A DNA stretch of 64,000 nt from NCBI RefSeq assembly GCF_009914755.1, contig NC_060931.1; one strand, written 5' to 3'. Origin of the DNA: the human T2T-CHM13v2.0 reference genome, Homo sapiens. The notes beneath the pieces are model-generated. The model searched no databases. It worked only from the letters and a program-made list of their open reading frames with translations, and was not told the origin of the DNA. Positions 13,797 to 29,349 of the stretch are shown piece by piece (positions within the stretch are counted from its first letter, which is position 1; each line of letters starts with the position of its first letter). Position numbers and translations under genes: made by a program.

Positions 13797-15587
13797 CTTA
13801 TGGGGCAAAAGCAAAGGGAAGAGTGTTGACAAACGAAACCACAACAGCAAAACAGATTTATGTTTCAATGAGGAACAGAGATACAAAAGCCAAAAGTGCA
13901 AGACTATCTGCATATTACAGAGTGGGCATCTCAACGACAGGCTTCAAGGCTTCCAACCCAAACACTCCACCTTCAGAGCGAGGTCTGCTCATGTCACAAC
14001 AGGAAGCAGTTGCATTCTTCTCAAAGGAGTTGGATTTCCATTTCGAGGAAAAGCAAGAGCAAGAGTACAAGAATATTAAAGCCCTAGAAACTGAACAGGA
14101 TGCGGCAGAAAGGAGGGAGGAAAGGGGAAGTATTTACCCTTTAAGTAAAATTATTATGTAAAAGCAACTGAAAGCTATTTGCTTAGTTAAGCAATTACAC
14201 AAATTTATACAGCACGCTCACCCGTTCAGTCAATACTCTGAGTAATAACTGCCTACACATGTTCGGGAGCTTCATTAGCCACCCAAATGATCTTTCTAGG
14301 TTACTGCAAATCTTCCAGCACTCCACAACGATGCTTGTAAATTTCAATTTTCAACAACATGTTGTTTCACATGCATTGGCTACTTGTGTGAATGTAAAAC
14401 TAAATAATTAGGAAACCAAATTAACAGCTATGCCTAGAATTACTTTTAAGGCATTTGCACTTGGCTTCTACATGCAGGACAGAGAGGAATCGAAATATAT
14501 TAGAGAAGCTGAACTTCTGGGTAATAATTTGTAGTCCAGATGTTTTATTCATCAAGTCAAGGTTTTCATATCTACCTTTCACTTGAGGCAGGCAGTAAGA
14601 AAAACAAAGGAATAAAATGTTCTGCCTGTGTTTTTGCTTAATACAGATAACCAAGTTAACTCAAAATCACTGTGGTTGAAGCACTCTGCCATCATCATAT
14701 TCTCCTTCTCGGGTACTTGCTTTCTCTTTTGAAACCGTGTTATATTTTAGAGAGGGAGAAGATAGGGTGTCGACCCCATTAATGAGGTATCTCTCCTCAA
14801 CAGACAACTGGTTACAACTCTCTCAGGAACCCCCTGTGAACTATCACAGGGTTAAGGTTGCAGAGTGGAGGCAGGAGAACCACCTAGGTATCGAAGGCAA
14901 AACCAGTGCTGGCCACAGACTCTGCCTGGAATAGGGGAGGGAATCCATGCAGGTCCTAAGAGCAGAAAGACTCCACCCCAGCAGGTCCACAGCCACAGAG
15001 CCCTCCCTCCCTGCCCAGTTCTCCCTCCACTGTCACCTGGAAGCAGCCCTCAAGAAGAGAAAAGGATTCAACAGGGGAACTGATGCAATTCTTTAGGACC
15101 TGAGACAGGGATAGAACCCATGCCCCGATCACTTGGTCACAGATGTGGCAGGTCTCCCATTTAATTAAAACCAAAAACAGACACGTTGCATCAGAAATTA
15201 GAAAAGAAGGAAAAGAGCAGGGAGGAAAACGAGAGCCCTCCCTACTTATCTATTCACTGATCTACAGATAACCCACACATCACTCCAATATTAAAAGGGA
15301 GAGTGGAGAGCTGGGTGAGAATTATTTATCTCTTAAAATTGTTCAGGGATATAGTACTTTCCAAAATTTTCAAATGGATATACAGCATTCACATGAACAT
15401 TTAATAGTTAACCCAAGCAAATCATTTCAAATTCCTTGAAAAGTGTATTTTTTCTCCAAGAAGGATGTTTGCATTTACTATATAGGTTATGACAATAATG
15501 AGTACCCAAAAATTATTTCATTGTCATTATTAATGCTAATAGTGTTTGATGCAGTTGATACCAATATAAAAAATAGCCAACAGTTTC

Positions 15588-15790
15588 CTAGCACTTTTTA
15601 TAAGCCACTATTCTAAATACCTCATAAAGTAATTCATTTAATCTCCACAATAGTCCCAACAGGTAGGTCCTATCATAGGCTTTATTTGACAAAGGAAATT
15701 GAAGTTCAGGGAAGTTAGGTAACTTGCCCAAGGTCACACAGCTTATCAGTGCTGAGGCTAAAATAGAAACTGGGCAGCTGGACTCCAGAA
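15588..15790 (-). mobile_element. MIR
   Basis: MIR core gaagttaggtaacttgcccaaggtcacacagct. Confidence 0.8.
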
Positions 15791-15803
15791 AACACATTGT
15801 AAA

Positions 15804-15989
15804 CAGTGGATCTCAAATTGTTGCCTGTGTAAGAATCACCTGGATGACTTCTTAATACACAGACCAAGGGCCACCCCTAGAGTTTCTGGTTCTAAAGGTC
15901 TGGGGTGGGGTCCCAAAAGTTTTGTGTTTAACAAGCCCCTAAGTGTTGCTGCTGCTGGCCTGGGAATCACACGCTGAGGACCACCACTC
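15804..15989. mobile_element. MER5A (hAT-Charlie MITE)
   Basis: cagtggatctcaaa...agaatcacctgga...ggtctggggtgggg...accaccact; about 185 bp. Confidence 0.75.
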
Positions 15990-16032
15990 TAAATCACTCA
16001 GGATGCTGCATCTCTCCGTGATGATAGAATGA

Positions 16033-16461
<429 letters not shown>

Positions 16462-17799
16462 TAAGGAAGAACCTTTGCTAAGAAAACAAAGAAAAAGTCA
16501 ATAATGTGGAAGCTAAGTAGATGGAATTTATTATACCTACTCTTATTAATATATACTTTATTATATCTATTCTTCCTAATTCATTTACATGCCTTCATAC
16601 TTACCTACTTAAAAGTAAATAAATAAATTTTAAAATAAAAGAAGTGAGGAGAGAAACAACAGAAACCTGAAAAGGACAAATGTCCCAAGCAGAGGAATCA
16701 AGACTGTGGAGTCCTCCCAAATCCAACAACTGCTCATGGGTTGCTGCTATAGAAATTGAAAATATTTTACCAAGATGGTCACATGTAAGAATAGCAAAGC
16801 AATATCCTAACTTGCTGGGATCTTAGCCAAGGAGTCACTCCCAGTGATAGCAGTAAAGCCTTCTCCAAATTGTCAAACTACAAAAAAGCTCATAGACTCA
16901 ATGGCCTGGAAAGTTCCTACAGAACTATTCACCCCTCTCCTTCACTCACCCCAGCGCCTGAGAATGATGTGTTCTGTTGGCATGAGGCTGTTCTTAACTA
17001 TCCCCACAGGCCTTGCTCCTTCCCTTGGTACCCGTATCTAAGGAGACAACTTTTCTTTAAAAAGTGCAGTTCCCACAGTGTTTGCTTTAGGGTAAATTTC
17101 CCTCTTCATCCTAGGACATAGGTGAACAACTGGAGGAGACACATCACTAAAGAGGAGGGGAGGACTGTGGCAAGCCAGGTGGCGAGGGGACCATGATGGA
17201 AACCTCCATGACCCAGGAGTCCGAGGCAGGGCTACTTACATCTCTGCCATTGGCTACCTCCAGGGCTGCAGTGAACTTCTCTCTTCACCTCTCTTGGCCT
17301 CATTTTCCCCATCAGTAGGTACACCAAGGAACTGTGATGAGATCATGTTTAAGGTTCCCTTCCACCCACAGTGTGACAGAGTGCATCTCAGCTGGGCAGT
17401 AACCCTCATCATGGAGTCCGCCAGGAAAAGGTGCTCCACAGAGGTGAGTCCCAGAAGTGACCTCCAATCAAAATATTATGTCAAACTGGTGGGACCCTTT
17501 TAATGCAATATTTTTCCAATTGGATCCAGAACAGGCAGGGATATACCTTCTTTTTATCTTCTCTAATTTCTAAATAATCTGGAAATACAACATTTATTAT
17601 ATAAAAAAAGTGGGAATCAAAGTTTTTATTCTGAAAAGATTGGAGTTTTGTAAGGAAATTTTGTTCTCAGATATCAGTTATTGCAGATCACTCTTTATAT
17701 AATTTTATATATTTTATATATATAAATATATGTATTCTCAGACAAGTCTTTCCAGTTATCCAGTGGAAAGGAATGTTCCTTCAAAATCCTCAGGATCCT

Positions 17800-18300
17800 C
17801 ATTCACTGATTCAACAAATACTTCTGAAAAGCTTGACATTTGTTCCGCACATTTGGGATACAGCAACAAATAAGACAGCTACGGTTCTCAACCTCCTGGG
17901 GCTCACCCACCTTGGTGTGGCAGGTGGACAACTTTTAAAATTAGCAATAAAAAATCAAATATTGATGTTTCATAGCAAAACCTAAAGTGGAGGGTTTGTG
18001 TTAGAGAGTGACTGATGGCTTCTGTAGATGGAGTGGTTTTCAGGGACAAGCAACCTAAGGAAGTGACATTCAAGGAGAGATCTGACTGACAAGAAGGACC
18101 CCACCACATTGGGGAGTGGAATATTCTGGGCAGCATCAATGGTTAGTGCCAAAGCCCTGATTCAGGTGGAACAAGCCTGGCCTGTCTGGAGGGAGAGAAA
18201 GGAGAGGACTGATGTGTCTGGGGTCTGCAGGCCAGGGGGTGTGGAGGGAAGTGAGGATGTGGAAGCAGTAGACAAGGTAGCCTAGGGTGTTCATGAGCAT
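17800..18300 (-). mobile_element. L2 3' fragment
   Basis: cattcactgattcaacaaatacttctga L2 3' terminus and ggaagtgacattcaaggagagatctga motifs. Confidence 0.7.
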
Positions 18301-19479
18301 GCAGAGCTGAAGGAGTCCCTGGTGGTGATGTGCTTCCCTGAATGGATGCATGTAAATATCGGAGATGGATGTGTGGTACATTTGGAGCCCTTAAAACAGC
18401 ATTCATAGCCAAACATTGAGCAACCATCGTGTTTACCGATAAGACAATGGTGAAATAGTCATGACATAGTCATAGGATGAAATATCATATAGAACTACAT
18501 ATGGAACTTTTAGAGAATGTAAAATAGTGTGAGAACATCCTCACGAGGCAATATTAAGAGAAACAGCCAAGACGCAAACATATTTTATTGTTTATGGGAG
18601 GTGGGAATATGCGCAGTGGAGTGTGTGTATCTGCCAGAATGTAATGTCACCCAGCACACAGAAGTGTGTCTGGCATTTACCATGAGTTCAAAACACATTT
18701 CACTAAATGAATGTACAAATGAATACACATATATATATGAATGCATAAATGAATATATATGAACCTATAAATGAATATATATACATTCATGTATGCACAC
18801 ATATGTATTCACACATTTGCATACAAATGGTCAAAGAAGGCAAGTAGATGTGACCTGTGGTTATTTATGAATTGTAATATTCTAAACAATTTTCTTTGCA
18901 GGAAGCCTTATTTTTTGCATTTTCCATAATGAATTTGCACCATTTTTATATTTGGGAGGAAAGAGTCAACATTATTAAAAAAATAAGATAGCCTTGGTTC
19001 TGATTTTTCAAGCAACCAGCACACATGAAAAGAATCTAATAGTCATGTAGGTCTCTGTATCAGACAGCAAGTTATATTTTCTGGTATTGCTCTAAGGATA
19101 GAAAAAAGTTTTACTTTGGGCCATTGAAACAGCTTGATGTGGCTACCTCATGTCCCAGATAGGAAAGGGTTCTGGACCCAGACTCCAGACTCCAAGGGAG
19201 GAAACAGCTCATAAAGGATTAGCCGTGGGCACAGGAAAGGGTACTGGTAGTGTGTGTGTGTCAAGCATTTAACATTTCTCTCTCTTGAAGATACAAGTTA
19301 AAATCATCCCCAAGAAACTTCTAGCATAACTCTGGATCCATGATGCCAATTAAAAAGTAGTCTAAAAACATCCTTAGTTTCAACAGTTTAATAGATATCT
19401 TCAAATGTACGCTCAATGTTGCCCAGCAATCCAATATTTTCCTGGAATGTTTGCTGTGTCCCTTCAGAATGACTCCTCC

Positions 19480-20660
19480 ATACCTTTTCTACTCTCCTTA
19501 AACCCCCTCTATGCCTTTCTGCTGCCTCCCCTCCACTGGTGATCATTTAATTGAGGAAATCAAAGCAATCAGCCAGGAGTTCCTTCATCTTCCTACTTCT
19601 AACAGCACCAGCTGCTGGCATCTCTACCCTCAAGCTCTGCTTCCTCCTGATAGATGCTGTGTGGCGGGGACCCTGTTTCCTATCAGAAGTCAGCTCTTCC
19701 CCTCAGCTCTGGATCTCCTCTCCCCTGGCCTTCTCAAGTATTTTACTTCAAATTTATCTCCCTTTCTTCTGTATCATCAATTCTCTCTCTGTAGTAGAAC
19801 ATTTCCAGCTGCAAAAATCTCTAATATCTCCCATCTTTAAAAAAAATAAACAGAAAGGTAAAAACATCCATTGACCCAGTTTCCCTACAGCTACTTCCTC
19901 ATTTCTCTGCTTGCATTTTCAGCAAAAGTTTTGGAAGAGAGAGTAGCTCGAAAGTGTTGCCTCCGTTCTACCTCCTATTCTCCCCGCTCTCATGAGGCGT
20001 CCCTGTCCAGCCCTGCATGGAGAGTGTCTCCACCATGCTATTAATACCTCCAGGTGGCAGCCCAGGGACCACCCTCATCGCATCATCTTTATTACCTGGA
20101 CAGCCTCCAACACACCTAAGTACTACTCCCTCCTCCTTGAAACACTTTGCTCACCTGGCTTCTTGCTAGGCTCCTCCTCTAAACCTTAAGAGTGTCCCCA
20201 GGGGTCTGTGCTGAGCCCTCTCCTCTACTTTCCCCATGGTGACCTCTTCCAGCCCACAGCTTTAAATGCCATTTCCATGGGGGTGGCTGGCACACCTGCA
20301 TCTGTCCAGGCTTCCTAGTTAACAGCACGCAGTTAATTTTGCCAGAGCACCGGGAGGAACAGGACATCCTTCCTCAAAGAGCACCACATGCTGAAGTTCT
20401 GGGGCTTGCCCTCCACGACACTCCTTCCAACTCTCCAATTCCCTACAAGGCAGGTAGCCCAAGCCCCCTGCATCTCCTGAACCTGCAAGAAACTCTGACC
20501 CGGTGCCCTGGCCGCCCCTGCAATCTGTCCTTGGGCAGCAGCCTGGGGATCCTGTGTCGCCTCTGCCTGCCAGCCTCCACTGGCTTCTTCTCCCATAAGC
20601 TAGGCCGCTGAGAGTGATGCCAATAAATAGAATTTAAGGCATGTTACAACCCTTTATTAG
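19480..20660 (+). mobile_element. L2 fragment
   Basis: Pyrimidine-rich degenerate L2 motifs (ctcctccttgaaacactttgctcacctggctt; cccacagctttaaatgccat). Confidence 0.65.
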
Positions 20661-21176
20661 TTTCTCAAACCAGGAGAGAAAAATTGAAAACCTGAATTGA
20701 AAAATGGAATTTAAAAAAAAAATTAATGGGCTTATTGTTAAGAATCTCCGATAACCTGAATCCACACAATGACTGAGATAATACTATTTTTCTTATTGCC
20801 AGAGGGAATAAGACCCAAAAATCATGATGACAGGCCCTCTGACCTAAATAATGCTGATACCGGCTCCCTAAACCAGAAAGAGTAGAAAGCAAGGATTATG
20901 CTTACAGCTGACAAAGCAACAGTAGGGACTTGATGAGCAGTTCTGCTTTCTATAATACATCCACACAGGCCAAAAGAAGGCATAATGGTCAATAATTCAG
21001 TTCGCTTATAATAGGGTTCACAAAAAAATCTCATAGTTTGCAATCTTGACATGTTTTTAGCATAGGGCATTATGATTCACCTCTTTTGTACTATAATGGC
21101 TTTGTAATATATATTTGTGTATTTCTTTAATTAAAAATAATACCAGCACATGAGATAGGTAGAAATACATGAGTAC

Positions 21177-21477
21177 AGCCAGGCATGGTGGCTCACACCT
21201 GTAATCCCAGCACTTTGGGAGGTTGAGGCGAGCAGATAACTTGAGGTCAAGAATTCGAGACCAGCCTTGCCAACATGGGGAAACCCCATCTCTACTAAAA
21301 ATACAAAAATTAGCCGGGCATGATGGCGTACGCCTGTAGTCCCAGCTACTCGGGAGGCTGAGGCAGGAGAATCACTTGAACCCAGGAGGCGGAGATTTTA
21401 GTGAGCTGAAATTGTGCCACTATACTCCAGCCTGGGCGACAGAGCAAGACTCCATCTAAAAAAAAAAAAAAAAAAAA

Positions 21478-21478
<1 letters not shown>
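21177..21478 (+). mobile_element. AluSx/Sz
   Basis: Full Alu with polyA tail followed by a CA microsatellite. Confidence 0.92.

Positions 21479-21481
<3 letters not shown>

Positions 21482-21525
<44 letters not shown>
21482..21525. repeat. (AC)22 microsatellite
   Basis: Direct inspection. Confidence 0.95.
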
Positions 21526-21528
<3 letters not shown>

Positions 21529-21876
21529 TACTACTGGAAGTTACCAAATAAAAAAATAAAGTTAGCCCAAAGGTAACAGTTTCTTGTGGGTATCCCTTGA
21601 GAAACATTTTATCCTTTTATCTGAATATACATACACCTCCCTTCCACATACATAACAGGCATCCCTCTATACAGGATGTTCTGCAACCTGCTTTTGTGTT
21701 AATGGCATACTTTAGGGATACCTCCTCGGCAGCACGTATCACATTCTTACTAACAACTGCACAGTATTCTACAACATAAAAATTACCTACTGCACTTACC
21801 TAGTCCAACTGATAGATACATAACAGGTTCCTAGTTTTTGATCACTAAAAACAATGATGCATATAGCCATGCTTGG

Positions 21877-21902
21877 GCGCGCGCGCGCGTGTGTGTGTGT
21901 GT
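21877..21902. repeat. (GC)6(GT)7 alternating purine-pyrimidine repeat
   Basis: gcgcgcgcgcgcgtgtgtgtgtgtgt. Confidence 0.95.
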
Positions 21903-22753
21903 TCATCCTGCAGTGCTTTTGTGAGTCTATTTATTATATAAATTCCCAGCAGCAGTACTGTTAAGACAAAGGTATATGTATTTTAAACTTAGGTGAATAC
22001 CACTAGATTGCCCCCGAAGAGGGCATACAAATAGATTCTACTTCAAATTTTCAAAATCCTGACCCCACAGCATCTTTTCCTCACACTTAGATTATCTAGG
22101 ACTGTAGATTTTCATCTCTAAGAGAGATTGAACTTCTTCTCAGATAGATACATACACACATACATGCACAGACATTATTTTGTTTATTTTTCCCTTGTTC
22201 ATAGCTTTTGGCAGCCTGTCTTTTGGGACGGTTTCTTGATCCACTCATAAAAAATCTTGCAAATGAATGAACCGGACCTCCATTATGCAGCTGTCAATTA
22301 TTTTTTCCAATGTTGTTTTTGACTTTGTTTCTGGAATTCTTTCCAAACACAAAGTTTTTGTGGGGTTGTTTTAATTTTTTGGTAGTCAAATTTATTGATC
22401 TTTTTCTTTATGGTTTCTGCATTTTGTGTTCTACTTAGAAGTTTCTCTCTACTTCAAGACTACAAATATAGTCACCATAAGCACTTCTTAAAACGAAAAT
22501 TTCAGAAAAGTAACAATGGTCTGGCAAGCCAAGCTGTTTCTGATACGAACAATAGCCAAAGCTGATTTTAAAATATGCTGCATGCAACAGAGGACCTCAG
22601 ACTCTATGCCCACAGCTATTATGATCATGGCAGGTAGGAGACACTACAAGACACTACTCAGCTCTGCATATAGAAGCTCCCCAAATCCTGACTGCTCCAA
22701 AGGTCACACACATTTGCACACATTCTCTGGGTGTGTTCCTGGCTATATTTTTT

Positions 22754-23036
22754 TGTGAGACAGGCTCTCGCTCTGTCGCCCAGGCTGGAGTGCAGTGGCA
22801 TGATCTCAGCTCACTGTAACCTCCGCCTCCTGGGTTCAAGCAATTCTCTGCCTCAGCCTGCCGAGAAGCTGGGATTACAGGTGCCCACCACCATTCTCGG
22901 CTAATTTTTGTATTTTTAGTAGTGATGGGGTTTTTGTCATCTTGGCCAGGCTGGTCTTGAACTCCTGACCTCGTGATCTACCCACCTTGGCCTCCCAAAG
23001 TGCTGGGTTTACAGGTGTGAGCCACCACACCCAGCC
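22754..23036 (-). mobile_element. AluSg-like
   Basis: Antisense Alu with gacctcgtgatc; TSD tatatttttt at 22744-22753 and 23037-23046. Confidence 0.9.
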
Positions 23037-23674
23037 TATATTTTTTATGGTAGCAGGAGATGGATAAAGATACCACACTAGAAAGATACGCTTGTTTAAC
23101 ACGGCCACTAGAGAGACTGTCTAAAGATGTACCATGCAGTGGAGAAGCAGCAGCCATGTACAAGGCCTATTACAAATGAATTAAACAGTGCAGGTTGTTT
23201 GTTTAGATCTTCTAGTATTAGTGACCATTTCTCTAGGATCAATCCAGAAGGGACTGTTCTGTGATAAAGGGAGACAGAAAACAAATTCATCAATCAACAA
23301 AAAGACCACCTTTGACAGAGTGGAGGTAAAACTCAGCATAGCTACACGTTACATAAAAACAGGAGTGTGTGTGTGTGCACGCGCAGGCGTGTGTGTGCCC
23401 ATGTGGATGTTGAGATGTCCTTATTTGGCTTCAGGGAGAGTTCAGCTGAGGCAGACGAAGGAACTTCGAAAGCTAGTATAACACCATCTGCTGGCTTCTT
23501 TATGGTACTCTAATAGGTGTTGTTGTTTTTAACATATTTTTATTGTGTATGTAAAAATGAACAAGCATATGCAAGTATATTTTTCAGCTACATGCAAAAC
23601 TATAAAAAATAACCTATTTAAAGTTCACAGATCCCAAATTTCTGGCTTATAGAGTAACTTCTCAATTCTAGACC

Positions 23675-23823
23675 CTGTGGCTACAGCCAAACCACAAGGT
23701 GATTGCTTAAAATGCAGATTCCTGGGGCCTATTCCCAAATATTGTAATCCAGCCTCTCTATTAAGGCCCCAGACATCAGCATTTTCAAACTTCCACAGCT
23801 GATCCAGGTTTGGGGATCACTGC
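23675..23823. mobile_element. MER5-family MITE
   Basis: gcttaaaatgcagattcctgggg...catcagcatttt...ggtttggggatcactg. Confidence 0.6.
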
Positions 23824-23854
23824 TTTTTGGAAAATGTAAGCCAGTCTTTTGTAG

Positions 23855-24179
<325 letters not shown>

Positions 24180-25303
24180 GCTCCCATCTTTTAATAGTGC
24201 CTCTTACACTGGCTTTCACATCTTTCCATTCACTGAGCTGGGAATGTGAGGATCATTATCTCAAGAACACAAATTCCATTCTTCCTGATGACAAGTCACG
24301 CTAAGTTTCTTTTGGGATGCTGAAAAACTTCACTCTGCCTAACATCTAAGCCTTCTCTCAAGGAGTGACTTAGATTGCGGAATTTTTGTTCATAAATCCA
24401 CAGCAGTAAAAAAATGAAACTAACTCCTTCTTTGGCTTAGAGAAGGCTTTGATTAAAAAGCTGTCTTTTAGACTCTAAAATGAAATAAAAGGCAAGGTCT
24501 ACTTTTTCTGTCCAGCAAGCAGATGATGACTTTTAGCAGGATAATCAGAAACTACAAAAAACACATAAAACAATGGTGTAAAGGTCAAATTAACATTCAT
24601 TCATGCTGACTTGAGTAAGAAGACCAATGCAAAGTCAGACGAAAACGCCTCAGCTCATCATGTAGCCACTGAAAAATGAGTAGATTATAATCTCCATTAA
24701 GTAGCAAAGCAGGCATCAAAGACAGTTCAGCCAACTGTAGCAACTCACTCCATTGAGCTCATCACTGTTTTTAGGTTCAGGATGTTATTGGGCAAAATGT
24801 TTAGGAGTTTCTAAGCCACACTAATGTAATTTTCAACAATAAGGATTTATGGTAGTTACAGTACCCACAGCTTAATTTTAGCCAGATGCTTTTCCCAATT
24901 TTTAAATTTATTTTTAGTCTACCACATGGCTTCAGTGGAAACTGAAAATGATAGTTAGACACAGTTTTCATCACATATGCAGAGTGAAAATAGTAACACT
25001 TGGTGTATTTGGGGCAGATAATTTTTTAGGAAAGCAATGAAATGCACTGTAAAATAATATAGTTAAATATGCTAATGTTACTACCTAAAGTATCTCCAAG
25101 CAAGTAGGAAAGACCAAGAAGAGAGACATCATCAGCTACAATAGTCTAAATATACTGTAGCGTCTTGTTTAGCAGCTTTAATTCAGAAGACTCTAAAGTT
25201 CTTATGTAGAATCAGCTGTCAATGGATCAGTGAAGTGGTCAATATTTCTAAATTATTTTTATGAATTGTCATAATAACCCATTAAAGCTACAAAATACTT
25301 AAA

Positions 25304-25339
<36 letters not shown>

Positions 25340-25368
25340 GACACAGACACACACACACACACACACAC
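25304..25368. repeat. (CT)n(CA)n compound microsatellite
   Basis: Direct inspection. Confidence 0.95.
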
Positions 25369-25375
25369 TGACTTT

Positions 25376-25710
<335 letters not shown>

Positions 25711-25880
25711 TAAAGGAAAGTAACTGACTTTGGTTTTGTTTGCTTTGTTTGTTGTCTGAATTTGCTCAGATGGCATTAGGTGGATGTGTGAGTAGGTGGG
25801 TAAAACCAATTGGTACAGGTGAGTGATCCCAGCTGTAACACGGAAGTTGTTAAGATGACCTCCAAACTCAAATCTTAAAG

Positions 25881-26065
25881 CAGAAGTGTCCAATCTTTTG
25901 GCTTCCCTGGGCCACAGGAAGAAGAAGAATGTCTTGGGCCACACATAAAATACGCTAACGATAGCTGATGAACTAAATAAAATACAGAACAACTCATAAT
26001 GTTTTGAGAAAGTTTACGAATTTGTGAATTCAAAGCTATCCTGGGCCGCAGGTTAGACAAGCTTG
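25881..26065 (+). mobile_element. MER30 (hAT-Charlie MITE)
   Basis: gtgtccaatcttttggcttccctgggccac...cacacataaaatac...gacaagcttg matches the recalled MER30 consensus. Confidence 0.85.
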
Positions 26066-26273
26066 CCCTTCGCCTGGAATAAGGTCTTCCTCCTCTGCAG
26101 TGGGAAATCTACGGAGGGGCATTCCTGCTAATCCAGAATCTGCATGTCAGGACATTCTGGAAGCCTTTTGCTTTGCACTAAAGTCAACCTCAAAAATTAA
26201 TATCCCACAATCACATATAGCAGAAACGCAGAGCAAAGAGTTTGCTGGAAGTCAGAAGCTAAGATCAACTTAC

Positions 26274-26324
26274 TGGAGATGTGGTTAATCGAAGGATAGT
26301 GCCATTTTTTATCTCATTGCGGTT
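26274..26324 (-). CDS. ELMO1: ELMO1 internal coding exon (51 nt; about residues 65-81, end of the N-terminal Ras-binding/ubiquitin-like domain)
   Basis: Reverse complement reads ttttcttcttttccag|AAC CGC AAT GAG ATA AAA AAT GGC ACT ATC CTT CGA TTA ACC ACA TCT CCA|gtaagt = NRNEIKNGTILRLTTSP, the ELMO1 peptide immediately before AQNAQQ. Perfect splice sites; splices in frame to 13796. Confidence 0.97.
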
Positions 26325-26582
26325 CTGGAAAAGAAGAAAAAATCTTTGTAAATTTTCAAGTAGAAGCTTGGTAAAGAAGAGAACAAAGGCAAATATAATC
26401 TAGCAGATATAACAGGCATTCAGTTTATTCTCACTTGAATAATTTTTAATTATTTCTATAAAGGCTGTTAACTTTCTATCTGACAATATTCAGTACAAAG
26501 GAAGTGAATACAAACCCAAAGAAAAGGAATATGGGTCCCAAGTATAGCAAACAAAAAAAGTAATTTTAAAAGGTTATTAAGG

Positions 26583-27490
<908 letters not shown>

Positions 27491-27653
27491 AAAAGGGTTA
27501 TTAAGGAGTCTGGTTTCTTAACATTTGCTGATTCCTTTTGCATGTTGCCTTGAAGTTAAGCACAAACAGCATAAATAAGCAGCTCTCCAATCAGTCTGCC
27601 TCCATTTGGCAAGTATATTTGAAGTAAGTGTTATGAAGCTATCACTTAGCATC

Positions 27654-28022
27654 TGGTGTGGTTTGGCTTTGTGTCCCCACCAAACTCTCATCTTCAATTG
27701 TAATCCCCATGTGTTAACAGAGGGACCTTGGGGAAGGCAACTGGATAATAGGGGCAGTTTCCCCCATGCCATTCTCGTGAGAGTGAGTGAGTTCTCACGA
27801 GATCTGATGGTTTTATAAGGGGCTCTTTCCCCTTTGCTTCTTTCACACCCTCTCTCACCTGCTGCCATGTAAGACATGCCTGCTTACCTTTCTGCCATGA
27901 TTGTTAAGTTTTTTGAGGCCTCTCCAGCCATGCGGAACTGTGAGTCAATTAAACCCTCTTTTCTTTATAAATTACCTAGTCTCAGGTAGTTGTTTATAGC
28001 AGTGTAAGAACAGACTAATACA
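27654..28022 (+). mobile_element. THE1D/MST-type MaLR solo LTR
   Basis: TG...CA termini, gagttctcacgagatctgatggttttataagggg core, 5-bp TSD gcatc on both sides. Confidence 0.9.
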
Positions 28023-28881
28023 GCATCTTTGACATTGAAGATAGAATTTCATTGGTGGTTTTATTTTCTTCCAGCAGAGTACACACCACACCCAATTTCC
28101 AGGAGGAGGCCTTCCAGGACTCACCGTGGTCGCATGCCCTACCTGGTATGCTGAAGTTGGGGGTTAATAAATCTGCCTTCAGGATCACTACCCTGCATAA
28201 TTTAAGACGAGCCACAAGCTGGAGTTTGCTCAGGACTCAGCAGACACACTGAGGTGGTGGGAAATTTCTTGATGAAATGCCAAAGACATATAAGATTGCT
28301 TGCTTCCTCAGCCAATTCTGACGATTTTTTGGACAATGAATTTTCTAAAAGAACCACCCAAAAAGGGGCAGCCTTCAGGCCAGTATTTCTTCCCAAAGAA
28401 AAGCAGATCTGAACATTTCACACCAAGTGCAGGCAGGCCCGAAAACCCAACACCACCAGATCCAGGCCCTATGTGTGCAATTCAGCCCAGTGTAGAGCAT
28501 CCCCTGATGCACTGGGTCACCTCCGGAGAGAGCTAGCTCATTGTTACTAGAAGCATGCAAACATGGTACTGAATGCCTCTTGGCAGGCAGGCTGAGATAG
28601 GAGCTGGGGAAATGAATTCAAGTCATTTTTAAAATCTCTTTTCAACTCTAAAATTCTATGACTCTGTGAGAAATGAAAGGAAGATGGCAAATACTAACAA
28701 CAGAGTTCTAAGGAAGCCAAATACATAACATACCCTTTCTTTGCTCAAGCTCTAAACAACTTGAGAAAATAAGATGGAGAACTAAAAATCCTTTATATTA
28801 GTGATTATGGAGAACAACGCTCAGAGTGAGCCAGCAGACGTGCTGACTGAACCCTTGGGCCAGGCACACCTGTTCATGTAA

Positions 28882-29292
<411 letters not shown>

Positions 29293-29349
29293 CAGAAATA
29301 ATCTTTCTAATAATCATGGAAATTTGGAGCTGCAATGAGACATTCCTAA

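Noticed and set aside
13623-13934. 103-aa ORF as a standalone gene
   Set aside because: Only 13627-13796 is coding. The N-terminal part is intron read through the acceptor, and the stop is the TAA within the GTAAG donor.
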